Both the position numbers and the translations under genes were made by a program. The notes below the pieces were generated by a model. It did not search any database. It had not been told where the DNA came from and saw only the letters and a list, made by a program, of their open reading frames with translations. A stretch of 64,000 nucleotides of DNA from an uncultured archaeon (GTDB taxonomy: Archaea; Asgardarchaeota; Lokiarchaeia; Sigyniarchaeales; SOKP01). Position 1 is the stretch's first letter, and each line of letters opens with the position of its first letter. Shown here piece by piece: positions 30,977 through 42,400 of the stretch. Where the stretch lies: positions 3,176 through 67,175 of the forward strand of contig CAYLZE010000008.1 of NCBI GenBank assembly GCA_964388035.1, written 5' to 3'.

Positions 30977-31702
30977 TTAAATATTGTTTACAATGATTGG
31001 AATGAGGATACCAAAAAATTTTCTCAATAGATTAACATTTAATCTAATCCTTCTAGAGAGTTCCAATTGAAATGCATTAATATTTTCCCTTTGGAAGTAG
31101 TGATAAAGAATATAGCCTCCTGAATATGCGACGTTATAGTCATCTAATCCAAGGCCGTCATCCAGCGTGAATTTACGAGATAATTCTAATACCAATTCCG
31201 AAAAAACCCAATATTTAGGTTTTTCTGAGTCGGCTTTATTGGAGGAAGTCAATAGATATTTTAGAGAGTTTCCAAAAATATTGCCTAGTATGAAATCTGG
31301 ATAATCTGATCGGGGTCGCGTGTATCCATGAATATCAATTACTAAGCACTTCTTATACTTTTCAGTACATTCATTGGAATAGTGGGTCAAGATATCATGA
31401 TAAAAATCATAAATCTCTTTTGCTTCAGAAGATCCTTTAAAATATGATGAAATTGAAAGAGGAGGTCTATTAAAATCAATCTTGCTTCTATGAATTTTAC
31501 TAATAACATAATAAGGTCTAATATCATGTTCATGTAAAAGCCTTACGATCTGTTTAGTTATCCAGAAGGTATTATCATCTGGTAATTTATCTCCTTTTAA
31601 TTTGTCAGGGATTATAACAGGTTTTTTAAACCCTCCATGAGGACATGATAAGATAAGTGGCACATTCCCTTTCTCATGCTCGATGTATCTTTGAATCCAC
31701 AC
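30977..31702 (-). CDS. N-formylglutamate amidohydrolase-like protein
   Basis: PLILSCPHGG, R.KIDFNR, YH..L, IDIHG, YSGGY, QLEL. Confidence 0.8.
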   Translation of the reverse strand: MWIQRYIEHEKGNVPLILSCPHGGFKKPVIIPDKLKGDKLPDDNTFWITKQIVRLLHEHDIRPYYVISKIHRSKIDFNRPPLSISSYFKGSSEAKEIYDFYHDILTHYSNECTEKYKKCLVIDIHGYTRPRSDYPDFILGNIFGNSLKYLLTSSNKADSEKPKYWVFSELVLELSRKFTLDDGLGLDDYNVAYSGGYILYHYFQRENINAFQLELSRRIRLNVNLLRKFFGILIPIIVNNI

Positions 31703-32077
31703 TTCAAATAAAGAAATTATTTAATTTATACTAGTAATAATCAATCACAGCAAAAAAAATAATGTAACTTGAAATGCATTCCTCATCTTTCTTTGTTTTT
31801 TTATAATCAGTTAATCATTTTGCTCTTTTTTTATGTACTTTCAATTAACTATAAACATATTATATTATAATTTTTTGAGAAACGTTCGAATATTTAAATT
31901 GTCGACTTATTCAATAAATACGAGCACAGATAACAACTATATATATGATATAACTTATAGAGGCAGACATCAAAACAAAAGTTTTATAAATTCTCCTATT
32001 TTATTTATATTAAACAATTTTGTACATTTCCAGTCTTTTTAATATCAAATATAGGAATTAAATATGGGGATTTAATA

Positions 32078-32371
32078 ATGGAATTAGATGATGTAATTTC
32101 TTTTTTGAAAAAGAAAGGATTCAAGGACACTTTTTACGTTTTGACAAAGTTTAAAAACAATAAGACCGACAAACACACCTTTTATGATGAGTTAAATAAA
32201 TTCAGCTATTATAACTCATTTTTTAGAGTAAAGGAAGATCTCCTTGACAAGGGCCTTATAGAGATTAAAAATCATAATAACATGAAAACTATAGGGTTGA
32301 CGAAAAAAGGGGAGAATATTTACGCGAAATTAATGGAGATTAACCAGCTTATTAATACCAAAAATACTTAA
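32078..32371 (+). CDS. Small winged-helix-like protein
   Basis: L.DKGLIE....IGLTKKGE wing motif. Confidence 0.6.
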   Translation: MELDDVISFLKKKGFKDTFYVLTKFKNNKTDKHTFYDELNKFSYYNSFFRVKEDLLDKGLIEIKNHNNMKTIGLTKKGENIYAKLMEINQLINTKNT

Positions 32372-32466
32372 AATTTAAGATTTAACGATTCTTATTATTC
32401 TTAATTTTTTATTTATCACCTTTAATTCTTATCTATATTTCGATTAAGTGAGACTTTTATTTCCCC

Positions 32467-33099
32467 ATGATATTTAAAAAAGTAATTATTGGACCATTAA
32501 CTACCAATTGCTATATTTTCGGCTCATCTCAGACAAGAGAGGTCATCGTAATAGATCCCGCATTTGAAATCGATCAAATTCAGCAAAATATCAATACTTT
32601 AGGAGCGCGTCCTATAGCGGTATTAATAACGCATTCGCATTTTGATCACGTCATGAAGGTTAAAAAATTCTTGCGTATTTATAATGTACCTTTAATGTAC
32701 AGCAAGAGGGATTACAAAAATGGAATGAGTCCTTTAGTAGAAGCAGATCGATGGTTAAATGAAGGGGATACTATAAAAGTGGGGGAATTGACAATACACG
32801 TATTAGAGACTCCCGGACATTCTCCAGGTTCTCTCAGCTATTATTGTAAAGATGTGAAAGAATTTGATGAAAAGAAAGTGGACGGCTTGATATTTACGGG
32901 AGATTTGCTATTTAGGAGAAGTATTGGCAGATCAGACGTGCCAGGTGGAGACCAAAGAATTTTATTTGAAAGCATTAAAAATAAAATCATGTATAATGGA
33001 GAATTATCTGATGATTTTATTGTCTTACCCGGCCACATGGGATCTACCACCATCGGTGAAGAAAGAAAACAAAATATGTTTAGACAATATTTCTTGTAG
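32467..33099 (+). CDS. MBL-fold metallo-hydrolase (glyoxalase II-like)
   Basis: THSHFDH, TPGHSPG, FTGD, PGH. Confidence 0.92.
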   Translation: MIFKKVIIGPLTTNCYIFGSSQTREVIVIDPAFEIDQIQQNINTLGARPIAVLITHSHFDHVMKVKKFLRIYNVPLMYSKRDYKNGMSPLVEADRWLNEGDTIKVGELTIHVLETPGHSPGSLSYYCKDVKEFDEKKVDGLIFTGDLLFRRSIGRSDVPGGDQRILFESIKNKIMYNGELSDDFIVLPGHMGSTTIGEERKQNMFRQYFL

Positions 33100-33142
33100 A
33101 AATAGGATTATATAAAGGATTTTTTATCATATTGCGACGAGA

Positions 33143-33628
33143 ATGACAAGAAAAGTATTAGTATTTGAACCAAAAAAATGTATTGGGTGTAGACTTTGCG
33201 AACAAATCTGCTCCATGACTCATTTTAATATGACTAATCCAAAAAAAGCGTCGATTCGTATTATACGGGATACCGTGGCACAGCTTGATCTTGCAATTTA
33301 TTGTCACCAATGTAAAAATCCTCCTTGTGTAAATGCGTGCAAGTTTGATGCACTTTCAATAGAACCCATGACTCATGCGATCCATGTAGAATCGGAAAAA
33401 TGCATTTTATGCAGAAAATGTATCCAAGAATGTCCCCATGCTGCTCCATCCATCCATCCGACGGAGGAATATGTTTTAATTTGCGATTTGTGTAAAGGAA
33501 AACCTGCTTGTGTAGAAATTTGTCCCGAACACGCCATTCAATATCTTGAGGTTGCGAGGGCAGATAACATTTATAAATCAATTTACGTGAAAGAAATGGC
33601 GCAAAAGTTAATTCAGGAGGAAAATTAA
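33143..33628 (+). CDS. 4Fe-4S dicluster protein (AOR-associated, DmsB/HydN-like)
   Basis: Four Cys clusters CIGCRLCEQIC, CHQC..PPC..AC, CILCRKCIQEC, CDLC...PAC..IC; abuts aor. Confidence 0.9.
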   Translation: MTRKVLVFEPKKCIGCRLCEQICSMTHFNMTNPKKASIRIIRDTVAQLDLAIYCHQCKNPPCVNACKFDALSIEPMTHAIHVESEKCILCRKCIQECPHAAPSIHPTEEYVLICDLCKGKPACVEICPEHAIQYLEVARADNIYKSIYVKEMAQKLIQEEN

Positions 33629-33629
33629 G

Positions 33630-35456
33630 GTGGTTTTAGCAACAAGCATCTATGGAAAAGTTCTGAGAATAAACCTTACTGAGAAGAATTATAGAGTAGA
33701 TACTTATGGTCGACAAGAAGTAGAACTCTTTTTAGGCGGAAGAGGATTGGGAGCTTATTTTTTATTCAAAGAAGTTCCTCCCAGAATGGACCCATTAGAG
33801 CCAGAGAATAAATTGATTTTTATGAATGGCCCCTTGGCTGGGACATTAATTCCAGGAAATAATAAAGTATGCGTTACTTTTAAATCACCACTAACAAATA
33901 GTTATTCTTACTCTTTATGTGGAGGACATTGGGGTCCCGAGTTAAAATTTGCAGGGTATGATGGATTAATCATTGAAGGAAAGGCTGATCGCCCCGTATT
34001 CATATGGATTAATAATTCAGAAATTAAGATTAAACCTGCTGAAAACATTTGGGGAAATACGATTCCAAAAACTGAAGAATTAATTCGAAATGAATTAGGT
34101 GATGATAATTCCATTCAAATTGCCGGGATTGGGCAAGCAGGGGAAAAATTGGTTAGTTATGCTTGTATTACTGCGGGATTATATAGAGAATTTGGTCGAG
34201 GCGGCTCGGGTGCGGTAATGGGTTCGAAGAATTTGAAAGGAATTGCAATAAGTGGGTCAAATGATGTTAAGGTGGTATGTCCAGAGGATGTAATAGCGTT
34301 AAGTAAGAAACTTATTCAAAATGTACGAAATTCTAAAATAGGTCAAGTTCGAAGAATTTATGGGACGATGGAATTAGTTGAGCGCATTAATAATGCCGGA
34401 TTTTGGGTGACACGTAATTTTTCTGAAGGCCATTTTAAGGATGGATACAAATTGGAAGGTACTCAAATGCGCGAAAAAATAATTTCCGGGGATAGTTCCT
34501 GTTTTGGATGCCCAATCGGATGCGGAAAATGGACTTTCATCCAAAATGAAGAAGACTTGTCAAAAATTCAAATGGAAGGTCCCGAATTTGAAACCGTAGG
34601 CATGTTGGGTTCCAATTGTGGCATAAGTAGTTGGAAAACGCTTCTAAAGGCATCAAAGATTTGTGATACTTACGGACTCGATACCATTAATGCTGGAGCG
34701 TGCATTTCTATGGCGATGGAAGCTTTTGAAAAGGGAAGATTGACCCTAAAAAATACAGATAACATCGAGTTAAAATTCGGCAACGATGCTGCCCTCCTTG
34801 CAATGTTAGAAAAAATTGGTAATCGAGAGGGATTAGGGAATATTTTAGCAAAAGGCGTAGAACGAGCGGGAATTGAGTTAAAAATAGTTGACTTAGCAAA
34901 TCATTCTAAAGGACAATCTTTTCCCGTATATGACCCTAGAGGTGCTAAAGCAATGGCTCTCACGTATGCAACATCCCCTAAAGGCGCTCATCACATGTAT
35001 GCGACCACTTTTGGATTAGAACTCAGTCTTGGGAACCGATTTGAAGAAAAAGGAAAGGGTGTTATTGAAAGAAATCAACAATTTAGCATGGCCATTGTGG
35101 ATTCGATTGCACTCTGTTCCTCAATGCGGGGTGGAATACCTCTTGAGGATCAAGCCGAAGCATTTTCTCTTGTGACCGGAATTCCCATGAATGTTGAAAG
35201 GTTAACTTTAGCTGCTGAACGGATAATAAATCTTGAGCGAATGTATAATGTAAGACTGGGCTTTAATAGGAGCAATGACACTCTTCCTGAAAGATTTACC
35301 AAAGAGACATTATCCGATGGTAATAGCAAGGGGCAAATAGTAGATTTGAATTATTTATTAGATGATTATTACAGCATTATGGGGTGGAACTCTAACGGGG
35401 TTCCAAAAGAGAAGAAATTGAAAGAACTTGGATTACTCGAGTTAATTACTCCTTAA
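33630..35456 (+). CDS. aor: Tungsten-dependent aldehyde:ferredoxin oxidoreductase family protein
   Basis: LGGRGLG, KSPLT, LKFAGYDG, GRGGSGAVMGSKNLK, CFGCPIGC, GPEFET, D.YGLDTI, YDPRG. Confidence 0.93.
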   Translation: MVLATSIYGKVLRINLTEKNYRVDTYGRQEVELFLGGRGLGAYFLFKEVPPRMDPLEPENKLIFMNGPLAGTLIPGNNKVCVTFKSPLTNSYSYSLCGGHWGPELKFAGYDGLIIEGKADRPVFIWINNSEIKIKPAENIWGNTIPKTEELIRNELGDDNSIQIAGIGQAGEKLVSYACITAGLYREFGRGGSGAVMGSKNLKGIAISGSNDVKVVCPEDVIALSKKLIQNVRNSKIGQVRRIYGTMELVERINNAGFWVTRNFSEGHFKDGYKLEGTQMREKIISGDSSCFGCPIGCGKWTFIQNEEDLSKIQMEGPEFETVGMLGSNCGISSWKTLLKASKICDTYGLDTINAGACISMAMEAFEKGRLTLKNTDNIELKFGNDAALLAMLEKIGNREGLGNILAKGVERAGIELKIVDLANHSKGQSFPVYDPRGAKAMALTYATSPKGAHHMYATTFGLELSLGNRFEEKGKGVIERNQQFSMAIVDSIALCSSMRGGIPLEDQAEAFSLVTGIPMNVERLTLAAERIINLERMYNVRLGFNRSNDTLPERFTKETLSDGNSKGQIVDLNYLLDDYYSIMGWNSNGVPKEKKLKELGLLELITP

Positions 35457-35558
35457 ATTACATTCTTGTTCCAACATTCATTCCTACCTTTTTACTTAAA
35501 ACGTCTCAATTTTTTTAACTTTAGCATAGAATTATTTTGCTTCGCTTAATTAAAGAAA

Positions 35559-36851
35559 TTGAAAATGGTAAATTTACAAATACCTAATTTTAACATTAAA
35601 GATTATGAACTACCCAAAGTTCGCTGTGTTCAGCAAGCTATTCCTCTTCCATTAATTGAAAATATCGAATCCAAAATAAGAGAAGAGTTGAAAAAGATTG
35701 GCATAAATGAAAATATAAAAATGGGAGAGAAAATTGCCATTACTGCGAGTTCTCGAGGAATTCCAAATCAAGCACTCATTTTAAAAACCATAGCTACGTA
35801 CTTTAAAGAGTTAAAGACAGAACCTTTTATTATTCCCGCCATGGGAAGTCATGGAGGAGCAACGGCTGAAGGGCAACTTTCTTTATTACGAGATTATGGA
35901 ATTACTGAAAAAAAAGTAGGATGCCCCCTTAAATCCTCAATGGAAGTTGTTAAAATAGGAGAAACCAATACGGGTATACCTGTTTATTTGGATAAATATG
36001 CCGCCCTTGCGGATAAAATCTTCATTTTTAATCGAATAAGGAGTCATTCTAAATTCATTGGAGAAGTAGAGAGCGGATTAAGCAAGATGTGTCTCATGGG
36101 ATTAGGAAAACATGAGGGAACGAAATTATACCATCAATTTATCGAACAACAATCGTGGCCTGAAGTGGTAGACGCTATACGAAATGTAGTTTTTAATAAA
36201 GCTAAAATCATCGGGGGCTTGGCAATTATCCAAAATATTAATAATCAAATAGCAGAACTGCATGCTCTGCGTCCAGAAGAGTTTTCTACCAAAGAGCCTA
36301 TTTTATTGCAGAGATATAAAGAATTGACTGAGAAAATGCCTTTTCAATATATTGATTTATTAATTGTTGATGAAATGGGAAAGAATATCTTTGGAACGGG
36401 AATGGATACTAACATTACAGGAAGAAAATCAGTTTCAAAAATTAGGATAAAATGGTTATTCGTACGGGATTTAACTGAGGAAACCCATGGTAATGCGCAA
36501 GGAATTGGTTTGGCAGATTTTACCACTAAGCGAGTGATAGAAAAGATAGATTTATCAAAAACCTATTTAAATGCATTAACTGCTTATCGAACAGATTCTC
36601 CTAAATTACCTATCATTCTCTCCACTGATAAAGATGTCTTTAACATTATCTCATTCCTCCTAGGTCCAGATGAGATGAGCTCCTTGCAAATGGTATGGAT
36701 CCAAAACACGTCAAAGTTGCTTAAAATGTTAGTCTCAGAAGCTCTATTTGAACAAGTTCAATCAAACGAACTTCTCAGATTTTGCGGTGAAGCAGAATCT
36801 ATAAAATTTGATTCTGAAGGATTTTTGATAACCTCTAAAAAATATTGGTAA
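35559..36851 (+). CDS. Lactate racemase N-terminal-like (DUF2088/DUF362) protein
   Basis: IAITASSRGI, PAMGSHGGATAEG, NRI..H, ESGLSKM..GLGK, GK...GTGMDTN, HGNAQGIG.AD. Confidence 0.8.
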   Translation: MKMVNLQIPNFNIKDYELPKVRCVQQAIPLPLIENIESKIREELKKIGINENIKMGEKIAITASSRGIPNQALILKTIATYFKELKTEPFIIPAMGSHGGATAEGQLSLLRDYGITEKKVGCPLKSSMEVVKIGETNTGIPVYLDKYAALADKIFIFNRIRSHSKFIGEVESGLSKMCLMGLGKHEGTKLYHQFIEQQSWPEVVDAIRNVVFNKAKIIGGLAIIQNINNQIAELHALRPEEFSTKEPILLQRYKELTEKMPFQYIDLLIVDEMGKNIFGTGMDTNITGRKSVSKIRIKWLFVRDLTEETHGNAQGIGLADFTTKRVIEKIDLSKTYLNALTAYRTDSPKLPIILSTDKDVFNIISFLLGPDEMSSLQMVWIQNTSKLLKMLVSEALFEQVQSNELLRFCGEAESIKFDSEGFLITSKKYW

Positions 36852-37010
36852 TAGAACTCTTAAATTATTTATTCAACCATAACTTATTCCGTCTGTTTCT
36901 TGATCATGATCAAGCTACTCTTGAAAGTGATCTATTTCTTAGCTCACTTTCATGTTTTTAAATATTTGGACAATAATCTCAAGCTGGAATTCTTATTCTT
37001 TTAAGTATTT

Positions 37011-38105
37011 TTATTTTGAAAAAAATAATCGAACATTTTTACTGTAATCAGCATCGCTCAATATGTTAGAATTATCGATAAATTGACTTATTGTTCCGAT
37101 GGGATATTTAATTTTGTCAAATCTCACTTTCAATTTTTTATTAATTTCTCCAATAATGGGTTTGAAATTAACTATTCTTTGCGAACGGGTGAAGAAGTTC
37201 TGAGCTTTAAGCTCTACCTTAGGAATGATCTTCAACGAGTTGATTTTTTGAACTAGTTCCAGATATGCATTGCATATTAATTTCTCCCTCAGTCTCCAAT
37301 TCCTTTCAAAAACTGTTTCGGTTAAGATTGGCTTGAGAACTGGAGCAAGAGATAGCCCTTCAAAGGCTTTTCCAAACCATTTGGGATATGGGATATATTT
37401 CTTTTCGAGAATAAATGCCATTTCCATTATAAATTTTACCAATCGATTAGTTTCAATCAATGATCCCAAGTTATCACCCGTTTCTCCTGTCCTCCCTATG
37501 AATGCCATTTCTTGAGATATTCGGTCTAATTGTGCTACAATTTTAAATAGCCATATGGAGTGAGGATAATAGGCTAAAGCCTTCCGTGCTTGGGTTAAAT
37601 CTCCATAGCTATCATAAAAGACCTTTCCTGAAGTAAATTCAAGCAAAATTTGTTCTGGGATAGAAACCCACTCCAGTTCGCTTAGTTCAGGTGAAGGTAC
37701 TGATAAATTCTCTCTCAGATATGACTTTACAGTGTAAATTTCAATTCGATGATTAATAGGAGATTTATCCTTTTCTTCAAGAAACTGATTCATTGAATCA
37801 TTCGGATCGGGTTCCGACCAATGAGTGGAATATCCGAGAAATGACGTTGGCAAGGTTTGCCTCAAGAGTTCTTTAATTTTTAAATGATAAGCTTTAAAAT
37901 CTTCGTCTTTTAGGAAGATATGGAATCTTGGTCCCCAATGATGGTCTGTTGAGATGTTATCATCATACCCTAAAACTTCAGATCCTTGACCTATTAATCC
38001 GGCGGCATAATCTAAATTGGGGTAATTATTTTCTATCTTCTCCTTTACTACCTCCTTATAAAAGCGTTCAGATAATATTAATCCAGATAAAAAAGATTTA
38101 GTCAA
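37011..38105 (-). CDS. DUF4037 domain-containing protein (nucleotidyltransferase-like)
   Basis: AAGLIG.GSEVLGYDD..STDHHWGPR, TSGKVFYD, YYP, PYPKW. Confidence 0.85.
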   Translation of the reverse strand: MTKSFLSGLILSERFYKEVVKEKIENNYPNLDYAAGLIGQGSEVLGYDDNISTDHHWGPRFHIFLKDEDFKAYHLKIKELLRQTLPTSFLGYSTHWSEPDPNDSMNQFLEEKDKSPINHRIEIYTVKSYLRENLSVPSPELSELEWVSIPEQILLEFTSGKVFYDSYGDLTQARKALAYYPHSIWLFKIVAQLDRISQEMAFIGRTGETGDNLGSLIETNRLVKFIMEMAFILEKKYIPYPKWFGKAFEGLSLAPVLKPILTETVFERNWRLREKLICNAYLELVQKINSLKIIPKVELKAQNFFTRSQRIVNFKPIIGEINKKLKVRFDKIKYPIGTISQFIDNSNILSDADYSKNVRLFFSK

Positions 38106-38449
38106 TTAATACACCTCAAGGATATACACTTTTTATGAAAAGAAAGAAATTCATAGTAATCTTTTCGCATTATATCCAATGAGGATATATATCATTATTG
38201 CTTTTTAATTGTTCTTTATTTCTCATGAATATGATTATGAAATTATTTCTCTTCTTTAGAGTATCTTTTACTCTGAATTAGATTAGGATTTAACCCAGAA
38301 AATAAGGAGAAGTATCACTTTTAATTTCATAACGCTATATTTAGAAAAAGAAGACTTGATCATGTAATACATTAAATTTTCATAAAATATTTCGTATAGG
38401 TTTTAAGAAAAGTAACCAAATAATAATTTTAGATTAATGCACTAAAAAA

Positions 38450-38734
38450 TTATTTTAATACAATTAATATCAATGAGCTTTCTAAGGCGATCATAATTTC
38501 TCCTTTTGACGTCTCTAGTCGGATAAATCTCATGGTACCTTCTTGGAGAGCCTCAACAACTTGTTTGGATTTTCCGATTAAACTGGTAATATATGCAGAT
38601 ACAGATTCCGATAATTCCGTATCGAGATTTGATTTTATAGGAAGCCCGGATGAATCACAAATAATTACTCCCCGCACACCTTCCTTTTCTTCAAAGCGTC
38701 TGATGATTGCTTTTACCTCGTTAGTGTCAATCAT
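38450..38734 (-). CDS. Roadblock/LC7 protein closely resembling dynein light chain roadblock (DYNLRB)
   Basis: EV..II.R....GVRGVII.D..GLPIKS.LD...FIRL.T.K.EIMIA; parallels DYNLRB GVQGIIV.N.EGIPIKST.D...FLRIRSKKNEIMVA. Confidence 0.85.
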   Translation of the reverse strand: MIDTNEVKAIIRRFEEKEGVRGVIICDSSGLPIKSNLDTELSESVSAYITSLIGKSKQVVEALQEGTMRFIRLETSKGEIMIALESSLILIVLK

Positions 38735-38978
38735 TCTATTTTATCACTCTTTTAATAAAAATGAATTGAGATATTTCGATTTTATTATTAATATTATAGC
38801 GTTATTTACATAAAAATCTATTTAAATTCTATTTGAAAAAACCGCAAATTGAAGTGGAAGGATATAACTTGTTTAAACATTAAAGACATAGAATTTAAAT
38901 CTTAATTTTTTTATTACTTATTTAAGCAATTTCATATTAATTATATTTATAATGAATTATTTATAGAGAAGAATTTGC

Positions 38979-39326
38979 ATGAGTAAAGAAGAGATTGAGC
39001 CGAAATTAGCTGAATTAATGGATAATGTTCCCGAATGTGAAGGTTTAATCGCTGCGGATAAAAATGGAACGGTGATCGTAGGGCAAACTATCACGGATAT
39101 GGATCATTCTAAAATAGCAAAGGCTTGTGCGAAAATCATTCAAGATTCAAATGAATTAGGGAAAGATATCGGAAAAGGATCCTTAAAAGCGACCACGATT
39201 GAATTGGACAATGGTTATGCAGTTTTAGTTGGTTCAGACGAGACAATATTAATATGTTTAACGGGTATTGATGGAAAAGCTTCTTTAGCCCTATTAAAAC
39301 GTAATCTTATCTCAATTTTAAAATAA
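38979..39326 (+). CDS. Roadblock/LC7 (MglB/LAMTOR-like) domain protein
   Basis: L.ELM..VP..EGLI..D..G.VI; ELG...GKG.L...TIE...G; helix-terminal pattern. Confidence 0.75.
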   Translation: MSKEEIEPKLAELMDNVPECEGLIAADKNGTVIVGQTITDMDHSKIAKACAKIIQDSNELGKDIGKGSLKATTIELDNGYAVLVGSDETILICLTGIDGKASLALLKRNLISILK

Positions 39327-39440
39327 CTTCAATAATCCCCTATAAAAAAACTAAGTTATAAGAAGATTTTATTGCTTTTTCCTATTTTTTTTTAAATTTA
39401 TCATTAAAAATAACTAATTTTGTTTAGAAGTTATAAGGTA

Positions 39441-42400
39441 TTATTCCTTATCAAGACCCTCTTTCTTTAATAAATCGTCTAACTTAACTTTAGCTTCTTT
39501 CTCTTCTTTTTTAGCTTCTTTCTCTACCGTTGGTTTTTCTTCAGAAGGTACTTTTTTTGTTTCATCAGTCTTTAATTCTGAAACCTTGACATATTTACCT
39601 TTTACTTTTTTCACTTTGGGTTTCGCTTTTTCCAGAGGGGTCTCAATCTTACGGATCAGTTTTCTTGCATACCAAATAGTAAAAAGCCAAATTCCTCCAA
39701 TTCCTATTAAGATTGATACAGTCATGACAACAGATGGGAAAGGAGGATCCAAGATATCTAAAGAAGTCTTACCTTCAGTTCTCACAATTTGTTTAGAAAG
39801 GACATTTTGTCCTTTAATAGTCACCGTAATATTCAACAAGTCATAGGTTGTATCAGGTACAAAAAAGTCTATAGTAATTGATGTAGATTCACCTGGTTTC
39901 AATCGAGCTAATTCATAATTATTTATGGCAACGATGGTAAAATTAATTCCCTTTTCCAATGCGATATTGGTCTCTAATATTGAAACTGTAGAATTCCCCG
40001 TATTTAATATAGCAAAAGTTAAAGTTCCATTTTCATTACGATACACGGCTTGATTCGGTAGAACATCAAAACCTAGAGAAAGTTCATTAAACTCGGAAGT
40101 AATATTGATAGGAATTTCATGACTTTTACTTAGAAAATTACTATCTCCTGGCCAATATAACCGAAATTTAAAATCTTCCATAATATATAGGGGCACAGTA
40201 TCAATTTCAAATTCTAATATTCCCTCCGAATCAGATCTTACACCTGTAATGTTTATCCAAGACGTTCCATCAAAATACTCGCAGGAAACTATTTTACCCG
40301 CTAAGATTTCATTAAACTCTGTCTCCATGATGGAAGAAATAGTTACCGTATCTCCTTCAATGGGATTTTGGGGCGTATAAGTAATATTTACAAATTTGCT
40401 ATTTATTTTAAAAATATTTGATATATTTGAACTTATTAAAATACTCATGTAATTTTCATCAAATAGGTTCACGATAAAATAGGTTTTCTTCGGAGAATAC
40501 AGACATTCATCTCTTTCAAACACTTTTGTGATAGTATTACTTGAAGTATTGAATGAAGTCTTGGTTGAAATGATTTCTCCTTCGAAATCATGTTCATCTG
40601 CAAGCGTAATTAAAGAATATTGTGGACTATCAAAATAACCCACATTTTTTCCTTCAATATATATTAATACTCTTGTTTTTACTCCGCCTAACCTCATGGG
40701 ACAATTAACACCTTTCCAGGATTTTGTTGCGGGATCATATTGAGGCATCATCATGCTTAAATTATACATGATGCTATCTTGATTGTTGCCAAAATATTTC
40801 AATAACACGGTATCGCTTGAATTTTCGGCGATAATCCATTGATCATTTGCCAAAGACAAGAGTTGTACTTTAATCCTGACATTGAGATCGGTTATGTCAT
40901 CTCTGTTTTGAAGCAAAATTTTAAATGTAATTTCCTCTCCTGGATTCAAAATGCTCTCGTTTTGTCTGAATGAATTTAAAGATACGTCAAAATCTAAACT
41001 TCCTAACTCGTAAGAAAATAATTGGTTGATAGAAAGATTACTAATGGTATAATAATCAGGTCTGTTTGTACCGGTTGTTTCATTAACAGTAGCCATTAGG
41101 ATGGAATATTTATTAAGAATTCTCGTGATAAAATTTCCCTCAAGCACGTTACTTCCTACTTCGGGATAGAAAGTTGCTCCCGTTAAATCTACCTCATAAT
41201 CATTTATTTGAATGAAAACCTTTTTACAGCCAATTGCAGTACCATTAGTCCAAAAAAAGCCAATTTGGTAGCGCCCCAAAATGGGGATGGAAGTAGTGAT
41301 ATTAATGATAGTATTGTTAGAAAAATCATATTTCAAAAGGGAATCAATCAAAACACCATTATTAGAAAAGAGTTCTGCAGTGGGAACTCTCGTATTATTG
41401 GGATAAAAAAGAGTAGCATTCACACTTCCTCCGTCTGGAGCAATCCCAAATTCATCTTGAATGTATACGCTCAAAGACACGTTATCTCCATACATGAATC
41501 CTTCTGTTTCCCATAAAATGCCTTCAAAATTAATGAAACTATGCATTTGATTAATGGAATTATAGCTTGTCAAATTTAGCACGTAAGAGCCGTTATATAC
41601 GGGCATTGATACATTTATTAAGGCGGTGGTTAGAATTAATTTATTAAATAGAGGGTCGTCAGATAATTCTGAAGCACTCCCTATTTGATCGAGAACATCT
41701 CCATCAAGGGGGTTTGGTGTTGTTAGATTAAGGGGTGTCCAATAATTAGGAAATATAAACCAATATTCTGTAAAATTCCAGTTAGGATAATATTGATTTG
41801 GATCGAGCGTATCATTTAAAGTCCAGAGAGGAATATCGTTATAATATATCTTAAATAGGGCGGTGACATTTTCATATCTATAAATTTTAGCAAGGTAAGT
41901 CACGTTAAAAAGTAAACCTTTTGTAAGAGTGATATATCCTGTAAAATTAACAAAAAGTGTATTAAAGCGATCAGCTTCAATATAATCCGTAAGATCATGG
42001 AGCCATCGACCGCTTCCCCATTCCATTATATTAACATTACTTTCATTATATGGATAAACATCAATTCTTTGGTCAACAAGTGTTAAATTCTGTATTCTTA
42101 ACTCACCATTAAAATCGGAAGGCATATATCCTCGTGTAACGTTTAATTCAAAAGAACTTGCGTCTAATTGTGTAGATGTATATGGAGTCGAAGTAGTTTC
42201 AATTAACTTTTTCGCATTAGTCCACGTAACCCCATTATTGGTGGTTCTTTTTAATTGCTGTTCTAATTTTCCATCCCCAATTGATGCATCAGAAGGGATG
42301 GTAACTAAGCTATAGATTAAATCGCTCGAACTTGAGTTTATCACAATAAAATAATTTCCAATACCCAGGTTCACCGCATTAATTGAACTTAAATCAAAAT

